From: an uncultured Verrucomicrobiae bacterium
GTDB taxonomy: Bacteria; Verrucomicrobiota; Verrucomicrobiia; Chthoniobacterales; JAFAMB01
Reading direction: 5' to 3'
DNA: 64,000 nucleotides
Assembly (NCBI GenBank): GCA_963837955.1
Contig: CAWIPH010000002.1
Location: 1,696,001 to 1,760,000, forward strand
Shown in pieces: positions 29,593-39,244 of this stretch. The translations under genes were made by a program, and so were the position numbers. The notes beneath the pieces were generated by a model, which was given only the letters and a program-made list of their open reading frames with translations, had not been told where the DNA came from and made no database searches. Every line of letters begins with the position of its first letter. Position 1 is the stretch's first letter.

Positions 29593-30825
29593 CTAGGCGG
29601 TAGGCATCGCTTTGTCCGCTGGCTCACTCGACCGTTGGTTGCCAGGCAGTAAGTTCGCGTAGATTGTTTCCACTTTCTTGGCGAGAACCTGCCAATCGAA
29701 GTTGTTGATAGCTGTTTGCCGAGCGTTTGTGCCCAGCCTTTGGGCCAGTACGGGATCATGCAACAATGTCAAAATCGACTTGCCCATCTCCTGCCAGTCA
29801 TGATCCGGAACGGTCAACGCGTCATGCATATGGGTGATTCCCTTAGCCGCACCGGCGAAGCAGACGATCGGTTTGCCAGAGATCATATAGTTCAGAAGCT
29901 TAATCGGGTGTCCCGGGCATTCGGGCCGGGGAACCACGGTCACCGTCGCCATGGCGATATAATGTGGCAGATCGTCCAGGGTGTGGGGTCCAGCGAAAAT
30001 TACGTTTTCTGCGATTCCTAATTCGCGCGCGAGCGCTTGGTTAGCCTGTAAGTCGGGCTCGTTCTCGAGCGGGCTTACGACCATCAACAAGGCGGAGGGC
30101 TCTTCTTTCAGTACAACCGAGAAGGCTCGCAACAAATAGTCTACGCGCTGAAACGCGCTGTTTATGCCGGTATACATCACGACCGGTCGCGAACCGATAG
30201 CGTATTTGTCGCGAAATTTGTTAGCGTCAGCGTGATCGAACATAGCGGGTCTGATCCCGCACGGAATCACGGTCAATCGCTTCTTTGGAACACCGCGTTT
30301 GGCCAGCCAGTCATACAGCTCTTGGGTTACGGCAATGATGTGATCCGGAAAAATCGGCACAAACCAATCCAGCATCGCGCCGATCCATTTGGCTACAAAC
30401 TTTGGTCTGATGAAGCGGTAAGTGGCCAACTCGTCCGACATCAAGTTCACCGCGTTATAGATCATCGGCCTACCCGTTACGAATTTCGCGAACAATCCGA
30501 TCAACGCGCCTTCATAATTATGCGCATGGATGATTTCGATCTTTTCACGGCGGACGACACGACAAAGCTCGGTCAACATGAGGAAATCGAGAAACAACTT
30601 ATCGGTAGATGGACCTACGCTCGGGCCGCGCGATTGTTGGCGTTGGGCGACACGATGCAATTGCGCTTTCCCAACTGACAAATCTTGACCGTCAGGGTAG
30701 GTGACGATGTGAACGTCATGTCCCATCTCGGACAAAACTTCCGACAGCTCACGAATCGCACCAGGTGAGCCGTAATTTACTGGGAACGGACAGGCGGCTA
30801 CCATGGCTATGGAATAAGATTTCAT
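29593..30825 (-). CDS. GT4-family glycosyltransferase
   Basis: GHDVHIVT, IIHAHN, IPCGI, PIKLLNYMISGKPIV (N in place of the usual second E) and LG.NAR...NFDW. Confidence 0.9.
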   Translation of the reverse strand: MKSYSIAMVAACPFPVNYGSPGAIRELSEVLSEMGHDVHIVTYPDGQDLSVGKAQLHRVAQRQQSRGPSVGPSTDKLFLDFLMLTELCRVVRREKIEIIHAHNYEGALIGLFAKFVTGRPMIYNAVNLMSDELATYRFIRPKFVAKWIGAMLDWFVPIFPDHIIAVTQELYDWLAKRGVPKKRLTVIPCGIRPAMFDHADANKFRDKYAIGSRPVVMYTGINSAFQRVDYLLRAFSVVLKEEPSALLMVVSPLENEPDLQANQALARELGIAENVIFAGPHTLDDLPHYIAMATVTVVPRPECPGHPIKLLNYMISGKPIVCFAGAAKGITHMHDALTVPDHDWQEMGKSILTLLHDPVLAQRLGTNARQTAINNFDWQVLAKKVETIYANLLPGNQRSSEPADKAMPTA

Positions 30826-30876
30826 ACCTGGAAGTCTTGGTTGGCTGAACGAGTTGAACGTCTAAGAACGTGTGAG

Positions 30877-32589
30877 CTACTCAATGTAGCCCAACGCCTT
30901 TAGGCGTTCCTCAACGAGTGCGGCGTCCTCCGCGGAATAGGTAGACCCCTCTCCTCCAGTTGAGCCGTCGCCCTGGACTTGGTCGTACTGAACTGGATGC
31001 CGCGCGACAAACTCGGGTTCGAACAAATCGGTCAATACTCGTCCGTCCATGTCTGAGGGAATTTTCTCGCCTGCCAGATAGAGCAACGTCGGCCCCATGT
31101 CCATCAATCTTGCCCCGTTTATCTGCCCGCCTTTTTTTGTCGGACCGCCCTTCACGATCAAAATTCCTTCGTATCGATGGGTGCCGGCCCATTCCGGCTC
31201 TTTCATAGGGTGGCGCTCTCGAATGTATAATGGGGGTTTATCACCTTCTTCCGGAAAGCTCGGACTACTGGCAAATGCATTTTTGCTCCACCAGTCGAGA
31301 ATCAAATCGGGCGCCTCTCCGGCATATGGCCCCTGGAAGACTTCATCACGCCGATAGATGCGAGGAATAACCTGCTCACCAGTACGCGGATCCTTAAGTT
31401 CCTCTAGTTTTTGAGTAATTGTGGTGAGGAGACCTTCGTATTCGCTCTCTTCGACGATGCCGGAAGGTTTTGAACCTTTGAGGTTGATCCAGATGCTTGG
31501 AGGCGACGCGAGCACTTCGCTGCAGTAGGCTTTCGTCTGAGACCAATCAATATTTGCAAATGAGGTATAGGCACCCTCGAAGCGCTCTCTCAACGCCGGA
31601 AAGAGGTTTGCCAGCATCTTTTTCTGGCTAGAGCTCAAAGAACTGCGGATCACGCGGTAGAGAGTTCGAACCAGTTTTTGTTTTAACTTGGCGATTCCGG
31701 ATTGCTTGTTCTCAAGATATTTGAGCAAGCCAAGCTGTGCCAAATAGCGATTCAGGTAGACGACCCGGTCAGAAACTGGTCCACCTCCGTGATCCGAGAC
31801 AATCATTATGGTCGTTTCTTCCGGCAAGCGTTTCACAAATTCTCCAACAGCTTGATCGAGGCGCTGATAGACGTTTAAAATCGCGTTGCTAAACTTCTTG
31901 GCAGAAACGGGATCATGGAGAAAATGCTGAGGATCCATGTAATGCCAGAAATGGTGCTGAACAGTGTCTATCGACATGTAGGTTAGCATCATTACGTCGG
32001 CGGGATGCTTTTCCAAAAGATACTGTCCGACATTGGTCCACTGCTGGTCGAGCTTCTCCATCTCATCCAATGCTTTCTGGTGTTTTTCGTCGGATGACAT
32101 AGCACCCAGATATCGGAGTTCCAGGCTTATCGGTCCCAAGGCGCGTTCCATCTCTTCCCGCAGCGATGGCGGATAGATAAACGCACTTTTTTCCGAAGGC
32201 GTGTCCATCCCTGAGATTTGGAATCCGTCGATTTGCTCCGGCGGATAAGTGAAAGGGACGTTAACCGTTCCGACACTAGTTCCTGCCTGGGATAGAAGCC
32301 GCCAAATCGTTTGGGTTCGACGGGACCCAGCATTCGAGTAACGCATCGCATAGGTTCCTGGCTGCGGCTCAAGAAAATGAAATATGCCGTGCTTACCTGG
32401 ATTCTTGCCGGTCATGAATGAGGTCCAGGCCGGGGGGGTAAGCGGTGGAATCGCGGATTCCAGGCTGCCCGAAACGCCATTACTTATAAGACCGGAAAGA
32501 TTCGGCAAGTGCCCTTGCGCCATCCAAGGTCGCATTAAATCCCATGTTGCTGAGTCGAGACCGATTATAAATATTTTTGGCTTTTTCAT
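30877..32589 (-). CDS. Alkaline-phosphatase superfamily protein (type I phosphodiesterase/nucleotide pyrophosphatase-like), copy A
   Basis: GLDSAT, PPLTPPAW.S..TG.NPGKHGIF, D..QH.FW, SDHG, GTH and C-terminal ERLKALGY. No signal peptide. Confidence 0.9.
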   Translation of the reverse strand: MKKPKIFIIGLDSATWDLMRPWMAQGHLPNLSGLISNGVSGSLESAIPPLTPPAWTSFMTGKNPGKHGIFHFLEPQPGTYAMRYSNAGSRRTQTIWRLLSQAGTSVGTVNVPFTYPPEQIDGFQISGMDTPSEKSAFIYPPSLREEMERALGPISLELRYLGAMSSDEKHQKALDEMEKLDQQWTNVGQYLLEKHPADVMMLTYMSIDTVQHHFWHYMDPQHFLHDPVSAKKFSNAILNVYQRLDQAVGEFVKRLPEETTIMIVSDHGGGPVSDRVVYLNRYLAQLGLLKYLENKQSGIAKLKQKLVRTLYRVIRSSLSSSQKKMLANLFPALRERFEGAYTSFANIDWSQTKAYCSEVLASPPSIWINLKGSKPSGIVEESEYEGLLTTITQKLEELKDPRTGEQVIPRIYRRDEVFQGPYAGEAPDLILDWWSKNAFASSPSFPEEGDKPPLYIRERHPMKEPEWAGTHRYEGILIVKGGPTKKGGQINGARLMDMGPTLLYLAGEKIPSDMDGRVLTDLFEPEFVARHPVQYDQVQGDGSTGGEGSTYSAEDAALVEERLKALGYIE

Positions 32590-33521
32590 ATCATAGTTAT
32601 CGAAAGCGAATGCCCTAACAGGCGAGAGGACTCGCCGCGGAAACCCGGTTCATTTCTTCAATACAAGAAGACTGAACGGTTCCCTTATCGCAAGACAATA
32701 GCCTAAATGGGAAGCAGCTTTTTCGCAGAACAAACATCTTTTCCGTTATGTCGCAGATGTGATACTGGAGCCGGTTTCTCGCGCTTTCCACGTGCTAGGC
32801 TTCTCGGTTTAACATTTTCGCGGTGACTTATTGAACTTAGCGGGGCTATCGAAACGGTGGGCATGATAGCACTGTTAATTCTGCGTATGACTATGGAGTT
32901 TATAAAAGCCTCGCGAGGCGATGGACCATTACTTCTGCGACCCGTCCCGGCAAGGGCGAAATTGGACCGAGAAAAGTCCATTAAGACATAGACATATATA
33001 CTTTCGCCTAGCGTTCAACTGAACGGACTTACTAAAGAATACCGAAAAGATAGACATACCTGTTTTCCATATCGACTAACTAAGACTACTGAAATGATAG
33101 AGATAACTACCGGTGTCATCTAACTCGGAGCCGTCTGTAAAACTGGCCAAAGACTACTCAGATAATAGACATTAATTAGTTGTTTTTATCCTCTTGCGTT
33201 GACTACTCAGCACGTGTAAAACCAGCCCGTTGTTAGTAAAAAAGGCTAGATGGCTAGGTATTACAAAAAAGCGTTTACTTATAGGGGTTGGTTGAGGTCG
33301 ATTAGCGATTTTTGCACGATGTAGGCTAAATCGTTACAAGGAAATGCCGATAAACTAAGTCTGAGCGCCTCTGGGGATTAGGGAATCATAGTAGAGATAA
33401 TTTTTTACGATAGAAGCGCAAGTGTGCCTCTATCGAGCGTCCCCCCACTATGAGTAAACGCTAGGCAGAAAAGGGAAGATCTGTCTGTTGTAAGAGCCCA
33501 GGAGGGAACTTAAGTGGAGGG
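32590..33521. promoter_or_regulatory. Long AT-rich divergent intergenic control region with repeated motifs
   Basis: About 930 bp between divergent operons, with gactact(c/g)a three times, atagacat three times and tgtaaaac twice. Confidence 0.55.
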
Positions 33522-34319
33522 TTGAAATTAGTGGATACTTTAACGTTAGTTTTACCAGCATTTAACGAAGAACAAAATATCGCCCTGACGGTTAGCTCAG
33601 CGTGCGAAACTCTGCCGCAGCTCGCGACAGAATGGGAAGTTATCATTGTTAACGACGGCAGTGCCGACCGCACTGGCGAGATTTGTGACCAACTGGCCAG
33701 CGCCAACCCACGGGTACGCGCTATCCATCATGCAACGAATTGCGGGTACGGCGCAGCTCTCAAAAGCGGCATTATTTCAGCAAAGTACGAGCTGATCTTT
33801 TTCACCGATTCCGATGGTCAGTTTACCTTCACGGAATTGCCCGATTTTATCGAGCACGCAAAGCACTTTGACATTGTAGCTGGATATCGCATGAAACGGC
33901 ACGATCCGCCTTACCGGCTGCTCAATGCCTTGGGATGGAAAATGCTCGTCCGTCTTTTGCTCGGGATCAAGATTCGGGATATCGACTGCGCATACAAAGT
34001 GTTTCGGCGGAGAGTATTCGAATGCGTTCAAATCCGGTCGGTGGGTGCGATGGTGAACACCGAGATCCTGGCCCAAGCGATGAGATTTGGCATGCAGGTC
34101 AAGGAGGTGGGAGTGAGCCATTTCCCGAGGCGGTTCGGATCTCCAACCGGAGCGAATATTTTCGTCATTCTCAAGGCTTTTCGCGAACTATTTAAACTCT
34201 GGTGGAAGCTTTTGTTTATCCATCCGGAACAAGAGGGGATCTTTGTCAGGGCCAGAGGGGGCGTAGGGGCTGCCATTTCGCCCGGTGTCGGACAGACCAG
34301 TCAACCTTCGCTCGACTAG
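33522..34319 (+). CDS. GT2-family glycosyltransferase (polyprenol-phosphate glycosyltransferase/DPM1-like)
   Basis: LPAFNEEQNI, VNDGSADRT, N.GYG.AL..G, TDSDGQF, RDIDCAYK and HFPR..G. Confidence 0.92.
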   Translation: MKLVDTLTLVLPAFNEEQNIALTVSSACETLPQLATEWEVIIVNDGSADRTGEICDQLASANPRVRAIHHATNCGYGAALKSGIISAKYELIFFTDSDGQFTFTELPDFIEHAKHFDIVAGYRMKRHDPPYRLLNALGWKMLVRLLLGIKIRDIDCAYKVFRRRVFECVQIRSVGAMVNTEILAQAMRFGMQVKEVGVSHFPRRFGSPTGANIFVILKAFRELFKLWWKLLFIHPEQEGIFVRARGGVGAAISPGVGQTSQPSLD

Positions 34320-34354
34320 GCGTAACCTAGCAGCTTCGACAATCGGAAAATCAC

Positions 34355-35803
34355 ATGCTTCCTAATCAGTGGAATCCTCGTCGGCCCAAAGTCATGGTCA
34401 TTGGTCTTGACTGTGCCGAACCTGATCTTGTGTTCAATCGCTGGCTCGATCAATTGCCAAACCTGCGTTCTCTGGTCGAGGGCGGAGCTTATGGCCGATT
34501 GCGGTCGTGTGATCCGCCGATCACCGTACCGGCCTGGTCAGTGATGATGTCTTCAAAGAGTCCTGGTACCCTGGGTGTCTACGGCTTTCGCAATCGAGCC
34601 AATCGCACTTACGATGGGCACATGATTGCGAATTCCGCCGCGATCAAAGACGACCGGGTATGGGACATTCTTTCCCGTAACGAGAAGCGCGTTATTGTAC
34701 TCGGAGTTCCCCAAACGTTTCCGCCTCAGCCGGTCAACGGGACGCTCGTCGGCGATTTTCTAACGCCGGATACCAAGAGCGACTATACCTACCCATCCGA
34801 ATTCAAAAACGAAATCGCCAAGACGGTGGGAGACTACATTCTCGATGTCCGAGAATTTAGATCAGATAAGAAGGATTATATTCTTAAAGAGATCTATGAA
34901 ATGACGCGGAAGCGTTTTGAATTGGCCCGCCATCTTTTAGCGAAAGACGACTGGGACTATTTCATGATGGTAGAAATAGGCGTTGACCGTATCCATCATG
35001 CTTTCTGGGCGAATATGGACGAAACGCACCGCAAGTATGAGGCGGGCAATCGATTCGAAAGTGCTATTTTTGATTATTACCAATTCGTTGATCAACAAAT
35101 TGGAGAGTTACTGAAATTTGCCGATGATGATACAACCGTTTTTGTTGTTTCGGACCATGGAGCAAAAAAAATGGAAGGTTCGATCTGTATCAACGAGTGG
35201 CTAATTCGAGAAGGGTACCTCACCCTATTGGAAAGGCCGACGACTCCGACCCCGTTTGCAAAGTTAAAGGTTGATTGGTCCCGGACCAAAGCCTGGGGCG
35301 ACGGAGGATATTATTCTCGGATTTTCTTAAACGTTCGTGGTCGTGAACCTCAGGGTACCGTGGATCCAGACGACTATGAACAGCTGCGAACGGAATTAAC
35401 CAAGAAAATAGAAGCGATTCCGGATCAAGACGGACGACCCATTGGAACCAAGGTCCATAAACCCGAGCAGCTTTACAAGATCCGCAACGGAATAGCCCCG
35501 GATCTGCTTGCTTATTTCGGTGACCTTGCTTGGCGCTCCGCCGGGACGGTGGGTGCCAATTGCCTCCACACGCTGGAGAACGATACCGGACCCGATGACG
35601 CCAATCACAGCCAATACGGCATTTTCATTATGAAGCCGGCCGGAGCCGAAAACGGAACCGGGCGTTTAGAAGGTTTAGAAATTCGAGACATGGCGCCCAC
35701 TATTCTAAACCTGTTCGGCTTGCCAATTCCTGCTGATATGGAGGGGAAAGTAATTTCGGCTGCGCCTCCCCTGCAGGAACTGACCGTGGATCATCACAAT
35801 TGA
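34355..35803 (+). CDS. Alkaline-phosphatase superfamily protein (phosphodiesterase/nucleotide pyrophosphatase-like), copy B
   Basis: GLDCA, PPITVPAW, DRIHHAFW, SDHG and NDTGPDDANH. No signal peptide; lies directly upstream of cysD. Confidence 0.9.
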   Translation: MLPNQWNPRRPKVMVIGLDCAEPDLVFNRWLDQLPNLRSLVEGGAYGRLRSCDPPITVPAWSVMMSSKSPGTLGVYGFRNRANRTYDGHMIANSAAIKDDRVWDILSRNEKRVIVLGVPQTFPPQPVNGTLVGDFLTPDTKSDYTYPSEFKNEIAKTVGDYILDVREFRSDKKDYILKEIYEMTRKRFELARHLLAKDDWDYFMMVEIGVDRIHHAFWANMDETHRKYEAGNRFESAIFDYYQFVDQQIGELLKFADDDTTVFVVSDHGAKKMEGSICINEWLIREGYLTLLERPTTPTPFAKLKVDWSRTKAWGDGGYYSRIFLNVRGREPQGTVDPDDYEQLRTELTKKIEAIPDQDGRPIGTKVHKPEQLYKIRNGIAPDLLAYFGDLAWRSAGTVGANCLHTLENDTGPDDANHSQYGIFIMKPAGAENGTGRLEGLEIRDMAPTILNLFGLPIPADMEGKVISAAPPLQELTVDHHN

Positions 35804-35950
35804 TTGATTCAGAATACGCCCGACCCTCAATCAATTTTTTAACGAGCCGTGTTACCAAGGCTTCCGGACAACAGACGCGCTTAAACACAGATCTCTGACC
35901 GGTGGCAAACGTTGACCGATGGGAACAGGCATAAGGCAAAACATCCAGAA

Positions 35951-36778
35951 ATGAACTCGAACTCGACCTACACGCATCTCGACGCCCTGGAAGATCAGAG
36001 CGTCTACATATTAAGGGAGGCTTACCGAAAGTTTAAGCCGCTGGCAATGCTATGGAGCATCGGAAAAGATTCTTCCGTAATGCTGTGGTTATTGCGGAAG
36101 GCATTTTTTGGGCACATTCCGATTCCGTGCGTGCACGTCGACACGAGCTATAAGATTCCGGAGATGATTGAGTTCCGGGATCGGTTGGCAAAGGAATGGG
36201 GCATGGATCTCGTTGTCGGCCAGAACCGGGCGGTTTTAGATGCGGGCGGGACCTTTCCGAACGGGCGAATTACCCGGGTAGAATGTTGCAGTCTGCTCAA
36301 GAAAGATGCGTTGCAGACGATCATTGAGGAAAAAGGTTATCAAGCGGTGATCGTAGGAATTCGGCGGGATGAGGAGGGGACTCGAGCTAAAGAGCGGTAT
36401 TTTTCTCCGCGCGACAAGAATTTCGAGTGGAACTTTAAGGACCAGCCGCCGGAGCTATGGGATCAATTCAAGACTGACTTTGATCCTGGGACCCACATTC
36501 GGATTCATCCCTTACTCCACTGGACGGAATTGAACGTCTGGGAATATATCGACCGAGAAGGCATACCGATAGTGGATCTTTATTTTTCGAAGAACGGTAT
36601 GAGGTACCGGAGTCTAGGTTGCGCTCCGTGCACCAAACCGATTCAATCCGCGGCGAGTAATGTACCGGAGATCATCGAGGAGCTACGGGAAACGAGAATC
36701 TCCGAAAGGAGCACGCGGGCGCAGGATCAAGAAGCGGAAGATGCTTTCGAGCGACTTCGAGCCAGTGGCTATATGTAG
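35951..36778 (+). CDS. cysD: Sulfate adenylyltransferase subunit 2
   Basis: [43 protein letters not shown] and RSLGC.PCT. Confidence 0.96.
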   Translation: MNSNSTYTHLDALEDQSVYILREAYRKFKPLAMLWSIGKDSSVMLWLLRKAFFGHIPIPCVHVDTSYKIPEMIEFRDRLAKEWGMDLVVGQNRAVLDAGGTFPNGRITRVECCSLLKKDALQTIIEEKGYQAVIVGIRRDEEGTRAKERYFSPRDKNFEWNFKDQPPELWDQFKTDFDPGTHIRIHPLLHWTELNVWEYIDREGIPIVDLYFSKNGMRYRSLGCAPCTKPIQSAASNVPEIIEELRETRISERSTRAQDQEAEDAFERLRASGYM

Positions 36779-36900
36779 AATTTTCGGTGTATGCGATTTT
36801 TGAGTTTCGTTTGGATCTAGTACGTCATGAGAATATCGATTTGCGCCAAGATGATAGAACGCCATATCGGGATGAGTGAGGACATTTAGGGGGGATAACC

Positions 36901-38844
36901 GTGTTTACAGAGTCACCAACTTCGCCAATACAAAACATAAAAGTTGACGCTGGAGACGGCGGCCCAAACGGGCGCCCTCTTCGCATAGTCATCGTCGGTC
37001 ACGTCGATCACGGGAAGTCGACGTTGGTAGGCCGCCTACTGCATGACACTGGATCGCTCCCGGAAGGAAAGTTTGAGCAGATTCAAGCGGTTTGCCAACG
37101 CCGTGGGATGCCGTTCGAATGGGCATTTTTGATGGACGCTCTGCAGGCCGAGCGCGACCAAAACATCACGATCGACGTCTCGCAGATTTGGTTCCATTCG
37201 GCGACGCGATCGTACGTTATTATCGACGCCCCGGGCCACAAAGAGTTTTTGAAAAACATGGTTACGGGCGCGGCGACCGCAGATGCTGCTGTCCTCTTGA
37301 TCGCGGCAAATGAAGGCATTCAAGAACAGAGCAAACGCCATGCATATTTGTTGAGCATGCTGGGAGTCGATAAGGTCGTAGTCCTAGTCAGCAAAATGGA
37401 CATTGTCGGCTATTCCAACTCGGTCTTTCAGGAGATCGAGACTGCGTATCGCGAATTTTTAGCAAAGCTAGGCGTTCGGCCCTTGATGTTCATTCCGATC
37501 TCGGCCCGCGACGGCACGAACCTGGTTGAACCAACCGGCGCCTTAATGGATTGGTATACTGGACCTAGCCTAATGCAGGCGCTGGACCAATTGCCTGCTC
37601 CGTGTCCGGATGCCGATGGTCCACTCCGGTTCGCTGTACAGGAGGTGTATCGTTTTGATGAGCGGAGGATTGTGGCCGGCCGAATTGAGTCTGGGACAAT
37701 CCGGGTCGGTGATTCTATTGTCTTTGCGCCCAACAACAAAGCTTCGATTGTCGCCTCGATTGAGCGATGGAAAGCCCCAGCCCGAGAGAGTGCCTCTGCT
37801 GGAGAGTCGATCGGAATCACGCTGACAGAACAAATCTTTGTCGAGCGAGGTCATATTGGATCGCATGATGTTCAGACGCCAATTGACACGAACCGCTTTC
37901 GAGCGCGCGTTTTCTGGATGGGAGAACAACCCCTTTCAGTGGGCAAGCGGTACAAAGTGAAGTTGATGACGCAGGAGGTCGAATGCCAAGTGGTATCGGT
38001 CGACCGGACGATCGACGCGATATCCTTAGACACAACTTCCGGGCTGCGACGATCTGTCGGCAAAAATGAGGTGGCCCAGGTAACGATTCAGGCGCGGGCA
38101 CCGCTGGTCATGGATAATTACGACAGAATCGCACCCAGTGGGCGGTTCGTCATTGTTGACGAGCGGGATGTGGCAGGTGGCGGAATCATTTTCGGTGGAA
38201 CTTATGTCGATCGCGGGCACATCCAGAGCACGAACATTTATTGGTCGGAGAGCACAATCGACCACAAAGTTCGTGCGCAAAGAAATGGCCATCGAGGTAT
38301 GGTCGTTTGGTTGACTGGCCTATCTGGCTCCGGAAAGTCGACGTTAGCCCGGGCTCTCGAGACACAATTGTTCCACCGGCAAATGCAAGTCTACGTCTTG
38401 GACGGAGACAACATTCGCCATGGGTTAAATTCAAATCTCGGATTCTCGCATGACGATCGGGTGGAGAACATTCGGCGCGTCGCCGAAGTGGCTAACCTGA
38501 TGGCGGATTCGGGGATGATTGTAATCACCTCTTTTATTTCGCCGTACCGTCTAGATCGGTTACGTGCTCGAGAGATCGTTTTGAGCGGCGATGTAGAATT
38601 CGTCGAAGCGTATGTTGCTGCTCCCTTGCAGGTCTGCGAAGAACGGGATCCGAAGAAGCTTTATAAGCGCGCACGCTCGGGTGAAATCAAAAATTTTACA
38701 GGAATAGACGCCCCTTACGAGGCTCCGGAAAGCCCGGAAATTACGATTCATACCGACCGAGAAGCCATCAAGGAATCGACCGCTCGCCTGCTAGAGTTTT
38801 TGATTCCGAGAGTGCAAATAGACCCGACGGAGTCCGAGCTCTAA
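36901..38844 (+). CDS. cysNC: Bifunctional sulfate adenylyltransferase subunit 1/adenylyl-sulfate kinase (CysN/CysC, NodQ-like)
   Basis: GTPase motifs [16 protein letters not shown] and DAPGH (G4 reads SKMD); C-terminal APS kinase [22 protein letters not shown] and FTGID.PYE.P. Confidence 0.96.
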   Translation: MFTESPTSPIQNIKVDAGDGGPNGRPLRIVIVGHVDHGKSTLVGRLLHDTGSLPEGKFEQIQAVCQRRGMPFEWAFLMDALQAERDQNITIDVSQIWFHSATRSYVIIDAPGHKEFLKNMVTGAATADAAVLLIAANEGIQEQSKRHAYLLSMLGVDKVVVLVSKMDIVGYSNSVFQEIETAYREFLAKLGVRPLMFIPISARDGTNLVEPTGALMDWYTGPSLMQALDQLPAPCPDADGPLRFAVQEVYRFDERRIVAGRIESGTIRVGDSIVFAPNNKASIVASIERWKAPARESASAGESIGITLTEQIFVERGHIGSHDVQTPIDTNRFRARVFWMGEQPLSVGKRYKVKLMTQEVECQVVSVDRTIDAISLDTTSGLRRSVGKNEVAQVTIQARAPLVMDNYDRIAPSGRFVIVDERDVAGGGIIFGGTYVDRGHIQSTNIYWSESTIDHKVRAQRNGHRGMVVWLTGLSGSGKSTLARALETQLFHRQMQVYVLDGDNIRHGLNSNLGFSHDDRVENIRRVAEVANLMADSGMIVITSFISPYRLDRLRAREIVLSGDVEFVEAYVAAPLQVCEERDPKKLYKRARSGEIKNFTGIDAPYEAPESPEITIHTDREAIKESTARLLEFLIPRVQIDPTESEL

Positions 38845-38864
38845 CCCTCTATTCGTCATTGGCC

Positions 38865-38903
38865 CTACCTTGGCCATAGAGCTGGCCAAGGTAGTTGCCT
38901 TTT
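38865..38903 (+). terminator. Probable terminator after cysNC
   Basis: 12-bp stem ctaccttggcca/tggccaaggtag with a 6-nt loop, followed by ttgcctttt. Confidence 0.6.
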
Positions 38904-39021
38904 ATGCATAGGTAGTCGAGGTCCAGCGATAAGCACGCTGATCAAAGTCGCTGCATATCCGGTGTGCTGACTCGAACCTGACTTGGGAATTCCGTCTATC
39001 TGCCGGTCAGTTTTCTATCTA

Positions 39022-39072
39022 CGTCCCGGGGTTAAAACGCCGGGCTGAGTCCTCTTCCCCCTTCGGGGGACG
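39022..39072. repeat. REP-like palindromic remnant
   Basis: cgtcccggggttaaaacgccgggctgagtcctcttcccccttcggggga, related to 15118-15148. Confidence 0.55.
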
Positions 39073-39244
39073 GTCTGCTCTTCCGCGGTTCTTGCGGTTT
39101 GCGATTGCCTCCGGGCCTGGCATTTCAAATCGCCCAATGGCGATTCGTCTAATAATTCCTCATGGCTTTTCTGGCAGGCTCAAGCTAAGGACAAGTGCCG
39201 ATTGGTGAAATCGTTAGCACCGAAGTTAAAACCGGCCAAGCCCG

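Noticed and set aside
32703..32981. 92-aa minus-strand ORF in the divergent spacer
   Set aside because: No family features and atypical composition; more likely non-coding.
32960..33230. Degenerate CRISPR array or replication origin in the AT-rich spacer
   Set aside because: The repeats are only 8-10 bp and irregularly spaced, with no cas, dnaA or rep genes and no evident DnaA boxes.
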